Made by a program: the position numbers and the translations under genes
NCBI GenBank assembly: GCA_903847585.1
Contig: CAINEC010000007.1
Span: forward strand, 8,112-72,111
Source: an uncultured Bacteroidota bacterium
Lineage (GTDB): Bacteria > Bacteroidota > Bacteroidia > AKYH767-A > OLB10
Direction of reading: 5' to 3'
DNA length: 64,000 nt
The notes under the pieces: generated by a model
Seen by the model: only the letters and a program-made list of their open reading frames with translations
Databases searched by the model: none
Told to the model about the DNA's origin: nothing
In this document: in pieces, positions 1-10,017 of the stretch
How positions within the stretch are numbered: position 1 is the first letter of the stretch
Layout of the letters: every line of letters starts with the position of its first letter

Positions 1-1148
1 TTTACACTACGTGCCATATCGGTTACCTCTTCCGGACGTTCATCAATTAATAAAATAATTAAATAAACTTCTGGATGGTTTGATGCAATGGCATTCGCAA
101 CTTCTTTTAATAAAACCGTTTTACCCGTCTTAGGCTGCGCTACAATTAATCCACGTTGTCCTTTACCAATCGGAGTAAATAAATCCATTACACGCGTTGA
201 ATAATTCGATGGACCATGAATTAAATTGAACTTTTCATGAGCAAACAATGGCGTTAAGAAATCAAATGGCACACGATCACGAATAATCTCAGGTGCTTGT
301 CCGTTGATGGTTTCTATTTTCACTAATGGAAAATATTTTTCGCCCTCACGGGGAGGCCTTACCGCACAACGAATAGTGTCACCCGTTTTTAATCCGTATT
401 GCTTAATATGATTTTGCGCTACAAAAACATCATCAGGAGATGGTAAGTAGTTATAGTCTGATGAACGTAAGAATCCAAATCCTTCCGGCATTAATTCCAA
501 TACACCTTCTGTTTGCACATTACCGCCAAAGTCAAATGCAGGCTCTTGGTTTTGCACAGGACGTCTGTTTTGAAATTCGCGTTGCGGATAAGCAGGCTTT
601 TGGTTTTCATGTGCTGGTCGTGCCGGTGCAGGTTCTTTTACATCTTGCGTTGGAGCAGGAGTAGTATTTTCTACAACCGTAGGTGCAGCAACAGGAGCAG
701 ATTCAGCAACCACTGTTGGTGCTTGTTGTCTTGCAGGAGGAGCAACACGCTCTTCACCTTCTGGTTTACCTGGAATAATTCGCATACGCTTTGGACGACC
801 ATCGTTATTGTCAGGTTGCGTACGAACTTGTGCAGGTGCAGGAGCACTTGTTTTTTCAGCTGCTACTTCTGATTTTTCTTCTTTCACGGCCCTTGGTTTT
901 TTAACCTCCGTTTCTTCTTTTGCAGGAGCTGTTTTCTTCGCTTTCACTGGCTTCGATGATTCAACTTTTGCAGGGGCATCAATACCTAATCCAGCATAAT
1001 CGATATCTGGATGCAAGGCTTGATGGTCTAGGATTTTGTAAACTAAATCTTGTTTTTTAAGATTTTCAAAAGCTTCAATTTTTAATTTTTTTGCCAGATC
1101 TTTTAGTTCAGGCAATAGCTTTTCATTCAACTGAATGATGTCAAACAT
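1..1148 (-). CDS. rho: Transcription termination factor Rho (N-terminal ~382 codons; gene runs off the left edge)
   Basis: Absent from the ORF track because there is no stop in the window. Manual reverse translation from ATG (1148-1146) gives [22 protein letters not shown]..., then [29 protein letters not shown] (Rho RNA-binding CSD). It continues with [23 protein letters not shown]...[13 protein letters not shown] (Walker A and ATPase core). Confidence 0.93.
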   Translation of the reverse strand, partial: MFDIIQLNEKLLPELKDLAKKLKIEAFENLKKQDLVYKILDHQALHPDIDYAGLGIDAPAKVESSKPVKAKKTAPAKEETEVKKPRAVKEEKSEVAAEKTSAPAPAQVRTQPDNNDGRPKRMRIIPGKPEGEERVAPPARQQAPTVVAESAPVAAPTVVENTTPAPTQDVKEPAPARPAHENQKPAYPQREFQNRRPVQNQEPAFDFGGNVQTEGVLELMPEGFGFLRSSDYNYLPSPDDVFVAQNHIKQYGLKTGDTIRCAVRPPREGEKYFPLVKIETINGQAPEIIRDRVPFDFLTPLFAHEKFNLIHGPSNYSTRVMDLFTPIGKGQRGLIVAQPKTGKTVLLKEVANAIASNHPEVYLIILLIDERPEEVTDMARSV

Positions 1149-1405
1149 AATATTTCTTTAAAGGTTTGTAAAAACATATACGCTCTTGAGCGTTACAATT
1201 TTTAAATGAGATAAGTTGGGAGTTGTGATTTCTTCGACAATTCGAAGAGGTAGCAGAACAAAAATCGCCAGACAGGCAATTACACTGCAATAATACGGCT
1301 TTTTAACATATAATGTCAAGACTTCTATTCAAAATCTCCATATTTTATTAACAAGGCTATATGCACTAAGTAGGGCATTTATTGATTTTTAGATAATTTA
1401 GCCCC

Positions 1406-1888
1406 ATGATACAACGCATTCAAACCTTATATCTTGCCCTTATTGCTGCTATTTGCTTCACGGTTGCCTCTGTGAAATTGTACGAATTGACCCCTGGAGA
1501 AACGGCTAAAAGCAGCATTTCATACACAGCTACGGTCTGGAAAATTACTGGTACCGATAAAGCTCAGGAAACAGTAATCTCTAATGCCCCATATCTTGGT
1601 TTGATTCTATTATTTGTTGGATTCTTGTCCTTAATCACAGCCTGGATGTATAAATCAAGAAAAAAGCAAATGACGATTTGTAAAATCATGTTGTTATGCT
1701 CACTAGCTTGGGTAGGATTTTTCCTATCAGGTATCAATACGCTTCGTGTATTATCAGGAGCAGGGTATCAGTTTAAACTTTATCCTTTCACGGCAATTGT
1801 AGTGCTTGTTCCGCTGTTTATCGTGCTTGCACTTCGTGGAATTAAAAAAGATGATGAGTTAGTCCGTTCAGCCGATCGTTTACGCTAA
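1406..1888 (+). CDS. Small multi-pass membrane protein (DUF4293-like)
   Basis: 160-aa ORF with about 4 hydrophobic segments and a conserved-looking MIQRIQTLYLALIA N-terminus. Family label is from memory. Confidence 0.55.
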   Translation: MIQRIQTLYLALIAAICFTVASVKLYELTPGETAKSSISYTATVWKITGTDKAQETVISNAPYLGLILLFVGFLSLITAWMYKSRKKQMTICKIMLLCSLAWVGFFLSGINTLRVLSGAGYQFKLYPFTAIVVLVPLFIVLALRGIKKDDELVRSADRLR

Positions 1889-2386
1889 GGAGCCTCTTAA
1901 TCCGAGTTCAATTACTTCTGCATTCTGCATTTTACCTGCGTTTATTTCAAAGCGTATCATGGTCCTCATTTTATGAAATCCATGTACGCCAGCTGCACCC
2001 GGATTCATATGTAAAATCCCTAATTGCTGATCACGGACAACTTTTAAAATATGGCTATGTCCGCAGATAAATAAATCAGGCCTGTTCATAATCAGTTTTT
2101 CTTTTATGCCCTTGGAATAACGGGTAGGATATCCGCCAATATGTGTGATAAAAACTTTTAATCCTTCGCATGTAAAAAACAAATCCAACGGAAAAGCCGA
2201 ACGTAATACATGTCCGTCGACATTGCCATAAACAGCCCTTAACGGTTTTAATTTAGCAATGCGATCAGTTAATTCAATTGTGCCGATATCACCTGCATGC
2301 CATACTTCATCAGCATTAGCAACATGCGATAGAATAGCATCATCTAGGTAGCCATGTGTATCGGATAATAAAAGGATTTTCTTCAT
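1880..2386 (-). CDS. Metallophosphoesterase, YfcE/MJ0936 family
   Basis: Motifs LSDTHG, HAGD, GNVD and CGHSH in canonical calcineurin-like phosphoesterase order. 168 aa. Confidence 0.85.
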   Translation of the reverse strand: MKKILLLSDTHGYLDDAILSHVANADEVWHAGDIGTIELTDRIAKLKPLRAVYGNVDGHVLRSAFPLDLFFTCEGLKVFITHIGGYPTRYSKGIKEKLIMNRPDLFICGHSHILKVVRDQQLGILHMNPGAAGVHGFHKMRTMIRFEINAGKMQNAEVIELGLRGSLA

Positions 2387-2388
2387 CC

Positions 2389-3156
2389 TTAAATATTCTC
2401 CAATGCTTCATTCGACATCCAGCCGGTATTGCCATTGGCAATTTTGATTTTCTTCCAGCCTTCTTGCTCTTCCACGATTTCTACCTTGGTGCCATTGTGT
2501 AGCAAAAACAAATTAGTTCCCTTTGCATCAGGAGCACTTTTAGCATACGCGCTGCTATCCATAATAATAGCAAAGCTATAGTTGTAAATTAATCGATTCG
2601 CTGATCTTGCAACGATAAACAAGCAAAGTGATAATCCGAAAATAATTGTTGCAGCGTAAAAGCTTTTCTTTTTCTTCTCTACGGTTTTAGCAAACAAATA
2701 GATTAAAAACATTCCTGCGGCTATCCATAGTGTTATAATTGCAAATGCCGACCATTCAGTAGGAGAGAAGGTGGTAATAAAAATACTCCACCATTTTTCG
2801 TAAAACAATTGCGGAATAGGATCAATTTTGTCAGAAGCCTTCGCATTTGCCAGTTTTAAATTATACTCGATGTCTTCATCAGCAGGAGCAATCTTTTTAG
2901 CTCGCTCATAATTCAAAATCGCTTTTGCATAATCGCCTGTTTTGTAATAGCAATTACCAAGATTAAAAAACAAGGCCGTGCTTTTCTTTCCGTCATTCAC
3001 CAGGTTTTGATATTGCATGCTCGCCTCTGCATAATTACCCGATTTGTAAAGCTTGCTTGCTTTTTCATACTGTTGTTCTGCTGTAGGACTATTTGCTGCA
3101 GAAACAGCAAAGCATGTTGAAAGGATGCATAGTAGTATTAAAAAATAATTTCTCAT
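2389..3156 (-). CDS. TPR plus C-terminal SH3-like membrane protein (BatE-like)
   Basis: Signal peptide, TPR-like repeats (YEKASKLYKSGNYAEA..., GNCYYKTGDYAKAILNYERA), 2 TM segments and a C-terminal SH3b-like GWKKIKIANGNTGWM. Overlaps the stop of the upstream BatD-like gene by 4 nt. Confidence 0.65.
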   Translation of the reverse strand: MRNYFLILLCILSTCFAVSAANSPTAEQQYEKASKLYKSGNYAEASMQYQNLVNDGKKSTALFFNLGNCYYKTGDYAKAILNYERAKKIAPADEDIEYNLKLANAKASDKIDPIPQLFYEKWWSIFITTFSPTEWSAFAIITLWIAAGMFLIYLFAKTVEKKKKSFYAATIIFGLSLCLFIVARSANRLIYNYSFAIIMDSSAYAKSAPDAKGTNLFLLHNGTKVEIVEEQEGWKKIKIANGNTGWMSNEALENI

Positions 3157-5006
3157 GACTTCATTCCTCCTTCGATATCGGTTATGATTTGAATAGCGTC
3201 TTGATAAAGCTTGTTCGATTGTGCCGTAACATCTAATCCGCCATATTGAGCCATCTCACACGTAGCAATACAATTCGTGAATTGTTGAATTGATTGTTCG
3301 CTCACATTTTTACTTTTTAATTGCTCCGCGATATTTTCTTTTGAAAGTTCGGAAACAGGTATCGTTAGTTTGTCACTCGCATAACCCCATAATGCTTTTG
3401 ATATTTCTTCAAACGCTAAAGCATGCTTATTTTCATTAATTAATTTACCTGCAGATGCTAATCGCTTTTGCGCATAGGCTGTTGCTTTCTTACTTCTCAC
3501 TAAAACGGAATTCGCAGCGTTGAATGCAGATTGTCGCTTGTAATAAACTCCACCAGCGGCAGCCAATAAAGGCGTAAGGCATAATACATAAAACAACCAT
3601 GATCCAAAAAATCTTCCTCCATCAGAAGGGAATAATTGTTTATCGGTTTTTAAGTAACGAATATCTCTTCCCAATACTTGCACATCACTCTTCGATCCTG
3701 AACTGCTTGCGGATGATGAACCACTTCCTTTACCCACTTTGATTTTAAATGGACCTGCCGTTTTCGATACGTATTGTTGTTTTGCTAAATCGAAATAAGT
3801 AAATGTTACTGGTGGAATTTCATAATCACCTTCGTGTCTTGGGATAATTAAATACTCAATCGTTTTACTTCCATTAACACCCGCATCACTTGCTTTGTAA
3901 TTCTCTCCAATTTTCGGATCATATGTTTCTAAATCTTCTGGAAAGCTTACATCGGGAGCAGTAGCTAATTTCAAATTTCCATTACCTGTAATTTTAAATT
4001 TCAAGTTGACAGGTTCATTTTCTTTAGTTACGGATTTATCTAAGCTTGCATCAAACGATAAAGATCCAACAGCACCACTATAAGTAGCCGGTGCAGTCCC
4101 TGGTAATTCTTTCACATTTATTTTTACAGGAATACTCTTCGCAGTACATTTAACTTGCTGAACTCCTCCAAAGGCATCTGCAAAAAACGGATCGTTAAAC
4201 ATTCCAAAAGGATCCATCATTCGCTGATTTCTTACTCTTATTCGAGCAATACATTCTAATTCCATCGGATCAATTGTAAGTACACCTGATTGCTGCGGGA
4301 AAAGGACAGCCTTCTTTATAACGGCTGTGGTGTAACGTACTCCATCAATCACTTCAACACTGGTAGGAGGAGGGTTAGGTATTTCAATATCTTGATTCCA
4401 GAATCCATTAAAAGCTGGCGCCTTCGAAACAGAATAACTATTAACGTCAATGTTGGTGTAAATTTTAAAAGTAACTGTCAATGCTTCTCCTTCAAATACA
4501 GAACTCTTATTGACAATTGCTCTTACGAATAAATTTTTATCACTTATTCCTTCAGATTGATTTCCGTTTTGTCCTCTGTTATTTGGATTGCCACCCTGTT
4601 GAGGATTTCCTTTTACAACAGTTAAATTGACAATATTTGAATTGATGCGTTTGCCTTGTACTTCAATAGAGGCTGGTCCGATTTTAAAATTGCCTTCTGA
4701 CTTAGGCTGTAAAAAGAAGGTGAATGATAATGACTGTGTATAGGAATTATTGACAATGCTAATATTGTTACTTTTGTTTGGTCCGCTTAAAACATTGAAG
4801 TTGCTTAAGTCAGGCGAACGAAAGTTTTGTCCATCGCAATTCAAAGTAAATGTTACTTGAAATTGTTCTCCTACACCAACCGTCGACTTAGATGCTGTAG
4901 CAGATAGAAATGCATTTTGTGCATAGCCGAAACAACTAAGTAGTATGAAAGAAAGTAATAATCCCAGTTTGAGTTTAATCCGGTACATCTGAAAGATTTT
5001 TTGCAA
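3153..5006 (-). CDS. BatD-like (oxygen-tolerance family) secreted/membrane-anchored protein
   Basis: 617 aa with signal peptide, repeated Ig-like beta modules, a C-terminal TM segment and a helical tail, which is the BatD architecture. An alternative start at 4988 (MYRIKL) is possible. Confidence 0.7.
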   Translation of the reverse strand: MQKIFQMYRIKLKLGLLLSFILLSCFGYAQNAFLSATASKSTVGVGEQFQVTFTLNCDGQNFRSPDLSNFNVLSGPNKSNNISIVNNSYTQSLSFTFFLQPKSEGNFKIGPASIEVQGKRINSNIVNLTVVKGNPQQGGNPNNRGQNGNQSEGISDKNLFVRAIVNKSSVFEGEALTVTFKIYTNIDVNSYSVSKAPAFNGFWNQDIEIPNPPPTSVEVIDGVRYTTAVIKKAVLFPQQSGVLTIDPMELECIARIRVRNQRMMDPFGMFNDPFFADAFGGVQQVKCTAKSIPVKINVKELPGTAPATYSGAVGSLSFDASLDKSVTKENEPVNLKFKITGNGNLKLATAPDVSFPEDLETYDPKIGENYKASDAGVNGSKTIEYLIIPRHEGDYEIPPVTFTYFDLAKQQYVSKTAGPFKIKVGKGSGSSSASSSGSKSDVQVLGRDIRYLKTDKQLFPSDGGRFFGSWLFYVLCLTPLLAAAGGVYYKRQSAFNAANSVLVRSKKATAYAQKRLASAGKLINENKHALAFEEISKALWGYASDKLTIPVSELSKENIAEQLKSKNVSEQSIQQFTNCIATCEMAQYGGLDVTAQSNKLYQDAIQIITDIEGGMKS

Positions 5007-5059
5007 AATAAATTATTTGAGATTAAACAAATTAGCCATTAACAAATCATTAACGCTAA

Positions 5060-5563
5060 TTATTCAAGGTAAACGGCTTCGCTTCCTTCAGTAAGGTCAA
5101 CACGAATATGTTCTTGCAGGGTAGTGCTTAGTGTGATTCCCACAAAGTCAGCAGCTACGGGATAGCGTTTATGATCTCTGTTTACCAATAAGGCAGTTCT
5201 TATTTTTTTGACATCTCCCTCTAAAAATGGCTTTAAGCTATACATCAGCGTCTTTCCAGAGTTCAATACATCATCAACAATTATGATTGTTTTGTTTTTG
5301 AAATCGGCAATCTGGTGATTCGGATTTAGCTGGTAATTCGTTGGATTTTCTTTATCCAATTTGATTTCAATGAGTCGTGTAGGAACAGGGCATATTGATT
5401 TCAATACCTCGTTTAACAACACAGCAAAGCGATACCCGCTATTACTTATTCCTGCTATGATCAACTCTTGTTCATTGCTTGAATCCTCGTAAATCTGATA
5501 AGCAATTCTGTCGATTCGTTGTTTTATCTGAACCGCGTTGAGTATTAAACTAGGTTGATTCAT
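5060..5563 (-). CDS. Phosphoribosyltransferase family protein, PyrR-like
   Basis: PRPP-binding loop IIIVDDVLNSGKT. The C-terminal pattern RYPVAADFVGITLSTTLQEHIRVDL resembles the PyrR layout. Confidence 0.6.
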   Translation of the reverse strand: MNQPSLILNAVQIKQRIDRIAYQIYEDSSNEQELIIAGISNSGYRFAVLLNEVLKSICPVPTRLIEIKLDKENPTNYQLNPNHQIADFKNKTIIIVDDVLNSGKTLMYSLKPFLEGDVKKIRTALLVNRDHKRYPVAADFVGITLSTTLQEHIRVDLTEGSEAVYLE

Positions 5564-5567
5564 TTTC

Positions 5568-6119
5568 TTATTCTTGATATTCGGTTATAGCTGGAAATTC
5601 TCTTAAGCGACCACCACCCCAGAAATATTTTTGATAATATTCTTCTTTCAGATCACTGATAATAACACCGTTTGATGTGCTCGAGTGAATGAATTTGTCA
5701 TTGCCTAAATAGAGCCCAACATGGGAAACTTCTGAATGTCTAATCTTGAAAAATACAATATCACCTTCCTTTAATTCTGATTTGTTAATTTTTTCTACTT
5801 CGTTGTAAATTTCGGAGCATCTTCTTCCTTTTAGCTTAACACCGTAAACACCATTGTACATGCAGGTAACAAATCCTGAGCAATCAACTCCGTTTAGCGA
5901 CATGCCAGCAGAGCGATAGGGTGTACCTAGCCAAGTTTCTAAGGTGTCGTACAAAAGTGAATTAAACTTATCAGGAACCTGAAAACCGAATACCTGCGAG
6001 TAATATCCGTTTTGGTAGCAATAATAACTATCTCCATAGGCATCCGTAGTGGATACCTGAGCATATCCGCCTTGGTAGGCAAATAAAAGTGCTAATAAGA
6101 TAATTTTAAATGAATTCAC
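5568..6119 (-). CDS. NlpC/P60 (C40) cell-wall peptidase
   Basis: Signal peptide. Catalytic context GVDCSGFV ... HVGLYLGNDKFIHSS, the Cys/His motifs of the C40 family. Confidence 0.85.
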   Translation of the reverse strand: MNSFKIILLALLFAYQGGYAQVSTTDAYGDSYYCYQNGYYSQVFGFQVPDKFNSLLYDTLETWLGTPYRSAGMSLNGVDCSGFVTCMYNGVYGVKLKGRRCSEIYNEVEKINKSELKEGDIVFFKIRHSEVSHVGLYLGNDKFIHSSTSNGVIISDLKEEYYQKYFWGGGRLREFPAITEYQE

Positions 6120-6128
6120 AGGTCAAAT

Positions 6129-6725
6129 TTAAGCATTATTTACTGATTTTTTCAGAGATAAAACCACGAAGAGTTCATTCCCCTTACGTGGAGCAATGGA
6201 ATTATAGCATTCTTCCATTTTTCTGATCTCAAAATAATCATCAAATAACGTCCAATACTCGTCTTTAGTGCCTCCAAAGGGTGGCCCTTGCTTTTCAAAT
6301 TTGCAATTAAATAACACCCCGACTAATTTCCCATCGGGATTTAAGAGGCGCTGCATTTTCTCTACATAGGATTTTCGCAACGAAGGATCTAAAGCACAGA
6401 AAAAGGTTTGCTCTAAGATTAAATCAAATTTTTCTTCCAGGTCAAAAAAATCGATTAGTATCAAATGATCTTTTGGAAAATCAGGAAATTGCTTGCTGAA
6501 ATTATTCAAAGGTTCAGCAACATAATCCAGTAAAAATACATTGGTAAATCCTTGTTGCCATAGGTAGGCTGCTTCATGCGCGTTACCACAACCAGGAATT
6601 AATATCTTAATTGACTTATCAGTTAGTTGATCGATGTATTCTTTGATGGGAGTCGTAATCGTTCCTGCATCCCAGCCTGTTTGCTGCGTGGCATATCGCT
6701 CTTGCCAATAATTGCTATTTAACAT
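6129..6725 (-). CDS. SAM-dependent methyltransferase, thiopurine-S-methyltransferase-like
   Basis: YWQERY...TGWD N-terminus and LIPGCGNAHEA SAM motif I. 198 aa. Confidence 0.7.
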   Translation of the reverse strand: MLNSNYWQERYATQQTGWDAGTITTPIKEYIDQLTDKSIKILIPGCGNAHEAAYLWQQGFTNVFLLDYVAEPLNNFSKQFPDFPKDHLILIDFFDLEEKFDLILEQTFFCALDPSLRKSYVEKMQRLLNPDGKLVGVLFNCKFEKQGPPFGGTKDEYWTLFDDYFEIRKMEECYNSIAPRKGNELFVVLSLKKSVNNA

Positions 6726-7599
6726 TGGATGGAGTTAGAATGAATAATGATTTAGGTTCAACGGTGACAGTAATTTCATTTACAGGTTCCATCGATTCAC
6801 CATCAATATGCAAATGAACAGGTTTGTTTGATCTTGCTATAAACGATTTGCATTTATAGGTTTGAATGTATTTATTGTCTTTTAATTTTCCTGTAAACAA
6901 ACGATATAAAATAGCTGGAATATTTAACACCGGTGGTAGTTCAACGGCAACTATTTCAATTATTCCATCAGTTAAATCTGCGGTAGGTGCAATAATAGCT
7001 GCATTACCAAACTGACTCGCATTAGCAATCACTAACATGTGTTTTTTTACTTGCTTCTTCTGATTGTCGAAGGAGATTTCAAAATCTTGTAAGGGATATT
7101 TGAAATACTCAGTAAGTCCGATTTTAGTGTAAGTAGAAAGTCCTCGTTTACCATGATGATTAAAACGATATGCCACATAACCATCAAAGCCAAATCCTGA
7201 TACGTTTACTGCAAATCGGTTGTTGATCGTTAGTGTATCAATACTATTTACCTTAGCATTGTAAAGTTGAAGTATGGCTTGGTTGTAATCGGTACTCATT
7301 CCAATATGTTTGGCGAGTCCATTACCTGATCCCATAGGAATAATCCCTAATGCTGCATCTTTCCCTTTTAAAACAGAACCCACTTCGTTGATGGTGCCAT
7401 CGCCACCAACGGCTATGAAGTAACGAACTCCATCTTCTAATCCTTTTGAAGTAATTTCTTTCGCATGTCCGCCATATTCTGTTTGGCAAATCGTTAATTG
7501 AAATAACTCATTCAGCTTAGAAATTTTAATTGCATCAGCAGCTCGTTGTCCTAACCCTTTTCCTGAAATAGGATTGTAAATGACGATCGCTTTGTTCAT
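6715..7599 (-). CDS. Lipid kinase, diacylglycerol-kinase catalytic-domain family (YegS/BmrU-like)
   Basis: NPISGKG, AVGGDGTINEV and PMGSGNGLA motifs. Overlaps neighbours on both sides, consistent with an operon. Confidence 0.85.
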   Translation of the reverse strand: MNKAIVIYNPISGKGLGQRAADAIKISKLNELFQLTICQTEYGGHAKEITSKGLEDGVRYFIAVGGDGTINEVGSVLKGKDAALGIIPMGSGNGLAKHIGMSTDYNQAILQLYNAKVNSIDTLTINNRFAVNVSGFGFDGYVAYRFNHHGKRGLSTYTKIGLTEYFKYPLQDFEISFDNQKKQVKKHMLVIANASQFGNAAIIAPTADLTDGIIEIVAVELPPVLNIPAILYRLFTGKLKDNKYIQTYKCKSFIARSNKPVHLHIDGESMEPVNEITVTVEPKSLFILTPSNVK

Positions 7600-9479
7600 G
7601 GTTTACAAATGGTATTAGTAAGCATTGCGTTTCTGAATTCTTGTAAGTAGGCTTTTAAAAGCAATTCTTCTTTATTGAATTTTATTTTATTATTTACCAA
7701 GTTATTCTTTAGTAAACTATCGTTCGATAAATCGTAAACACCAGTAGTTTTCTCACCATCAAACTGCACTAATTTTTTATCACTGATAAGTTGCCAGATG
7801 CCATTACTGTAATTCATGTTAAACGAATTTGTAGCATTAATTGGATTTCCAAATGCACTGAACTTACCTGAGTAATGCAGCATTTTTAAAGTGGTAGGTA
7901 AAATGTCGGTTTGTTGCGTAATGCCCTCGTAATTGCCTTTTAATTTTAACGCAGGACAGAAATAAATAATCGGAATAGCAAATTGACCTGCCGAATTCGT
8001 ATAGTAGTCGCCGTTAGAAGGCCCCGTATGATCAGCAACGATGATAAACAGGGTATTGTTAAACCATTTTTTTGTTGAGGCATTTTTGAAAAACAATTCA
8101 AGCGCATAGTCGGCATAGCGTACGCTTTCGTGATATTTTTCTTTTCCTTTCGGGAATTTATTTTTGAATTTAGCAGGTATTACATAAGGGTCGTGAGAAG
8201 AAAGTGAAAAGAAGGCGCAGTGAAATGGTTCTTTCATATCGCTAACTTTTTCATTCATGAAATTCAAAAACGAATCATCATAAATTCCCCATCGTCCGTC
8301 ATCATCTTCTGCTTTACCTTTGTATTCATTCTTCCCAAAGTATTTTTGATATCCAGCTACCTTACTGAAATTATCAAATCCCATCGTGCCGTTATGCCCG
8401 CCATGAAAGAAGGCAGTGCTATAACCCGAATTGCCAAGTATCGACGCAAATGAATTTATTCGGTTCACGTTATAGGCTCCCGTAATAAATGGTTCATCGG
8501 TTAAATGAGGTATCGAACTTAATATTGCTGGAATTCCTTCTATAGAGCGTTTTCCATTGGCAAAAGCATTGGTGCAAATCAGACTTTCTTTTGCTAATGA
8601 ATCAAGAAATGGAGTGTAGGTTTCTCCATTCGTAAAGCTTCCTATTAAATGTTTTGAAAAGCTTTCCATTACTAATACAACAACATTTAGTTTTTGAAAT
8701 GGTATGCTATCACTATAAGTTTTTTCGTAATTGAAAATATCCTTTGCTTGCTGATCATCTAAATATTTTACTGATGGAATGGGGTCATCTCTCCACGATT
8801 TTAAAATGGTAAATGGAGTATTTAAAATTAGTGGGACTTCATTCGGATTAACACCTGTGATGGCATTTTGAATACTAATTGGTCGCATTTGTAATCCACC
8901 TCTTATCCCAATAAAGGATGTTCCAATTATTAAAATATAAATGATTAATCGAAGTAAGATGGAAGGCTCAGCTAATTGCTTCGTTTTTTTGTAGCGCTGA
9001 TTGATTTTTTTAATCATCACCATGGAAACAACAATCAGAATGATTAATACTAAAAGTAAATACCAATAGTTAAGTAGGTAGTTGCCAAGATTATTATTGA
9101 CATCGTCGCCTAAGCTTATCAAACTAAAAAAATCAGCGGTAGTTCTTTTGCCTGTATATTCAAACCACGCTGTATCGATTAAATTTAGAAGAGCGCTAAT
9201 TCCAATTACTAATATTAAATATCCATCGGCAACGGTCCTCCAGAATTTATTAGTGTAAATCTTTAATGGGGCAGCTTCCACAAGTAAAACCGGCGACATT
9301 AATAAACAGATAGCACTAATGTCGAAGCGCAAACCGTAAATGAAATCAAGTAGTAAGCTATTTCCGCCCGTTTGAATATAGTTCAAATAAAACAGCAATC
9401 GGAGTGATGAATAAATGAACAATAGTAATGCAAGCTTCATTAGCAGCGCTTTGTATTGTTGGTAACCGACTTTATTCAT
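7596..9479 (-). CDS. LTA-synthase-family sulfatase-fold transferase (phosphoglycerol/phosphoethanolamine transferase-like)
   Basis: N-terminal 5-TM region plus an extracytoplasmic alkaline-phosphatase/sulfatase domain (VVLVMESFS, FHGGHNGTMGFD, ADHTGP). Confidence 0.8.
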   Translation of the reverse strand: MNKVGYQQYKALLMKLALLLFIYSSLRLLFYLNYIQTGGNSLLLDFIYGLRFDISAICLLMSPVLLVEAAPLKIYTNKFWRTVADGYLILVIGISALLNLIDTAWFEYTGKRTTADFFSLISLGDDVNNNLGNYLLNYWYLLLVLIILIVVSMVMIKKINQRYKKTKQLAEPSILLRLIIYILIIGTSFIGIRGGLQMRPISIQNAITGVNPNEVPLILNTPFTILKSWRDDPIPSVKYLDDQQAKDIFNYEKTYSDSIPFQKLNVVVLVMESFSKHLIGSFTNGETYTPFLDSLAKESLICTNAFANGKRSIEGIPAILSSIPHLTDEPFITGAYNVNRINSFASILGNSGYSTAFFHGGHNGTMGFDNFSKVAGYQKYFGKNEYKGKAEDDDGRWGIYDDSFLNFMNEKVSDMKEPFHCAFFSLSSHDPYVIPAKFKNKFPKGKEKYHESVRYADYALELFFKNASTKKWFNNTLFIIVADHTGPSNGDYYTNSAGQFAIPIIYFCPALKLKGNYEGITQQTDILPTTLKMLHYSGKFSAFGNPINATNSFNMNYSNGIWQLISDKKLVQFDGEKTTGVYDLSNDSLLKNNLVNNKIKFNKEELLLKAYLQEFRNAMLTNTICKP

Positions 9480-9564
9480 GACGCAAATTTAGTCAGTATA
9501 ACCGAACTATTTTAAAATAGCTCCTTGTTATCCTCGGAAATCTTAATTTTGAAAAAAAATAAGA

Positions 9565-9993
9565 ATGAAAGCGCAAGATATTATTAATCATTTAGGCTTA
9601 ATTGAACATCCCGAAGGTGGATATTACAAGGAAACATACCGAAGTGAAACGGAAGGAGATTTTGAAGGGTTTGAAGGTAAAAGAAATCTTGGGACGGCTA
9701 TTTATTTTCTGATGCTCGGCGGACAATCAACTTTACCTCATCGTATTAAGAGTGATGAGCTATGGTTTTATCAATACGGATCTTCTTGTGAAATCGTTGA
9801 AATTGATGATGATGGTGTTGAGCGCATTATCCGATTAGGCTCTGATTTAGCCAATGGTGAAGTGTTGCAGCATGTAGTGAAAGCAGGGCTTTGGTTTTAT
9901 TCTCGTGTAAAGGCTGAAAATGATTTTTGCCTTGCCGCTTGTCATGTTAATCCTGGGTTTGATTTTCAAGATTTTGAAATAAAATCCAATTAA
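9565..9993 (+). CDS. Cupin-fold protein (DUF985-like)
   Basis: LIEHPEGGYYKETYRS N-terminus and GFDFQDFE C-terminus, typical of DUF985 cupins. Confidence 0.7.
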   Translation: MKAQDIINHLGLIEHPEGGYYKETYRSETEGDFEGFEGKRNLGTAIYFLMLGGQSTLPHRIKSDELWFYQYGSSCEIVEIDDDGVERIIRLGSDLANGEVLQHVVKAGLWFYSRVKAENDFCLAACHVNPGFDFQDFEIKSN

Positions 9994-10017
9994 GCCAAAT
10001 TTTTATATTTTCGAGGT

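Noticed and set aside
440-999. Three + strand ORFs (440-664, 513-872, 808-999) from the track
   Set aside because: They lie antisense to the uninterrupted rho reading frame. They have low-complexity Cys/Arg/Phe-rich translations typical of shadow ORFs opposite an Ala/Pro/Lys-rich region.
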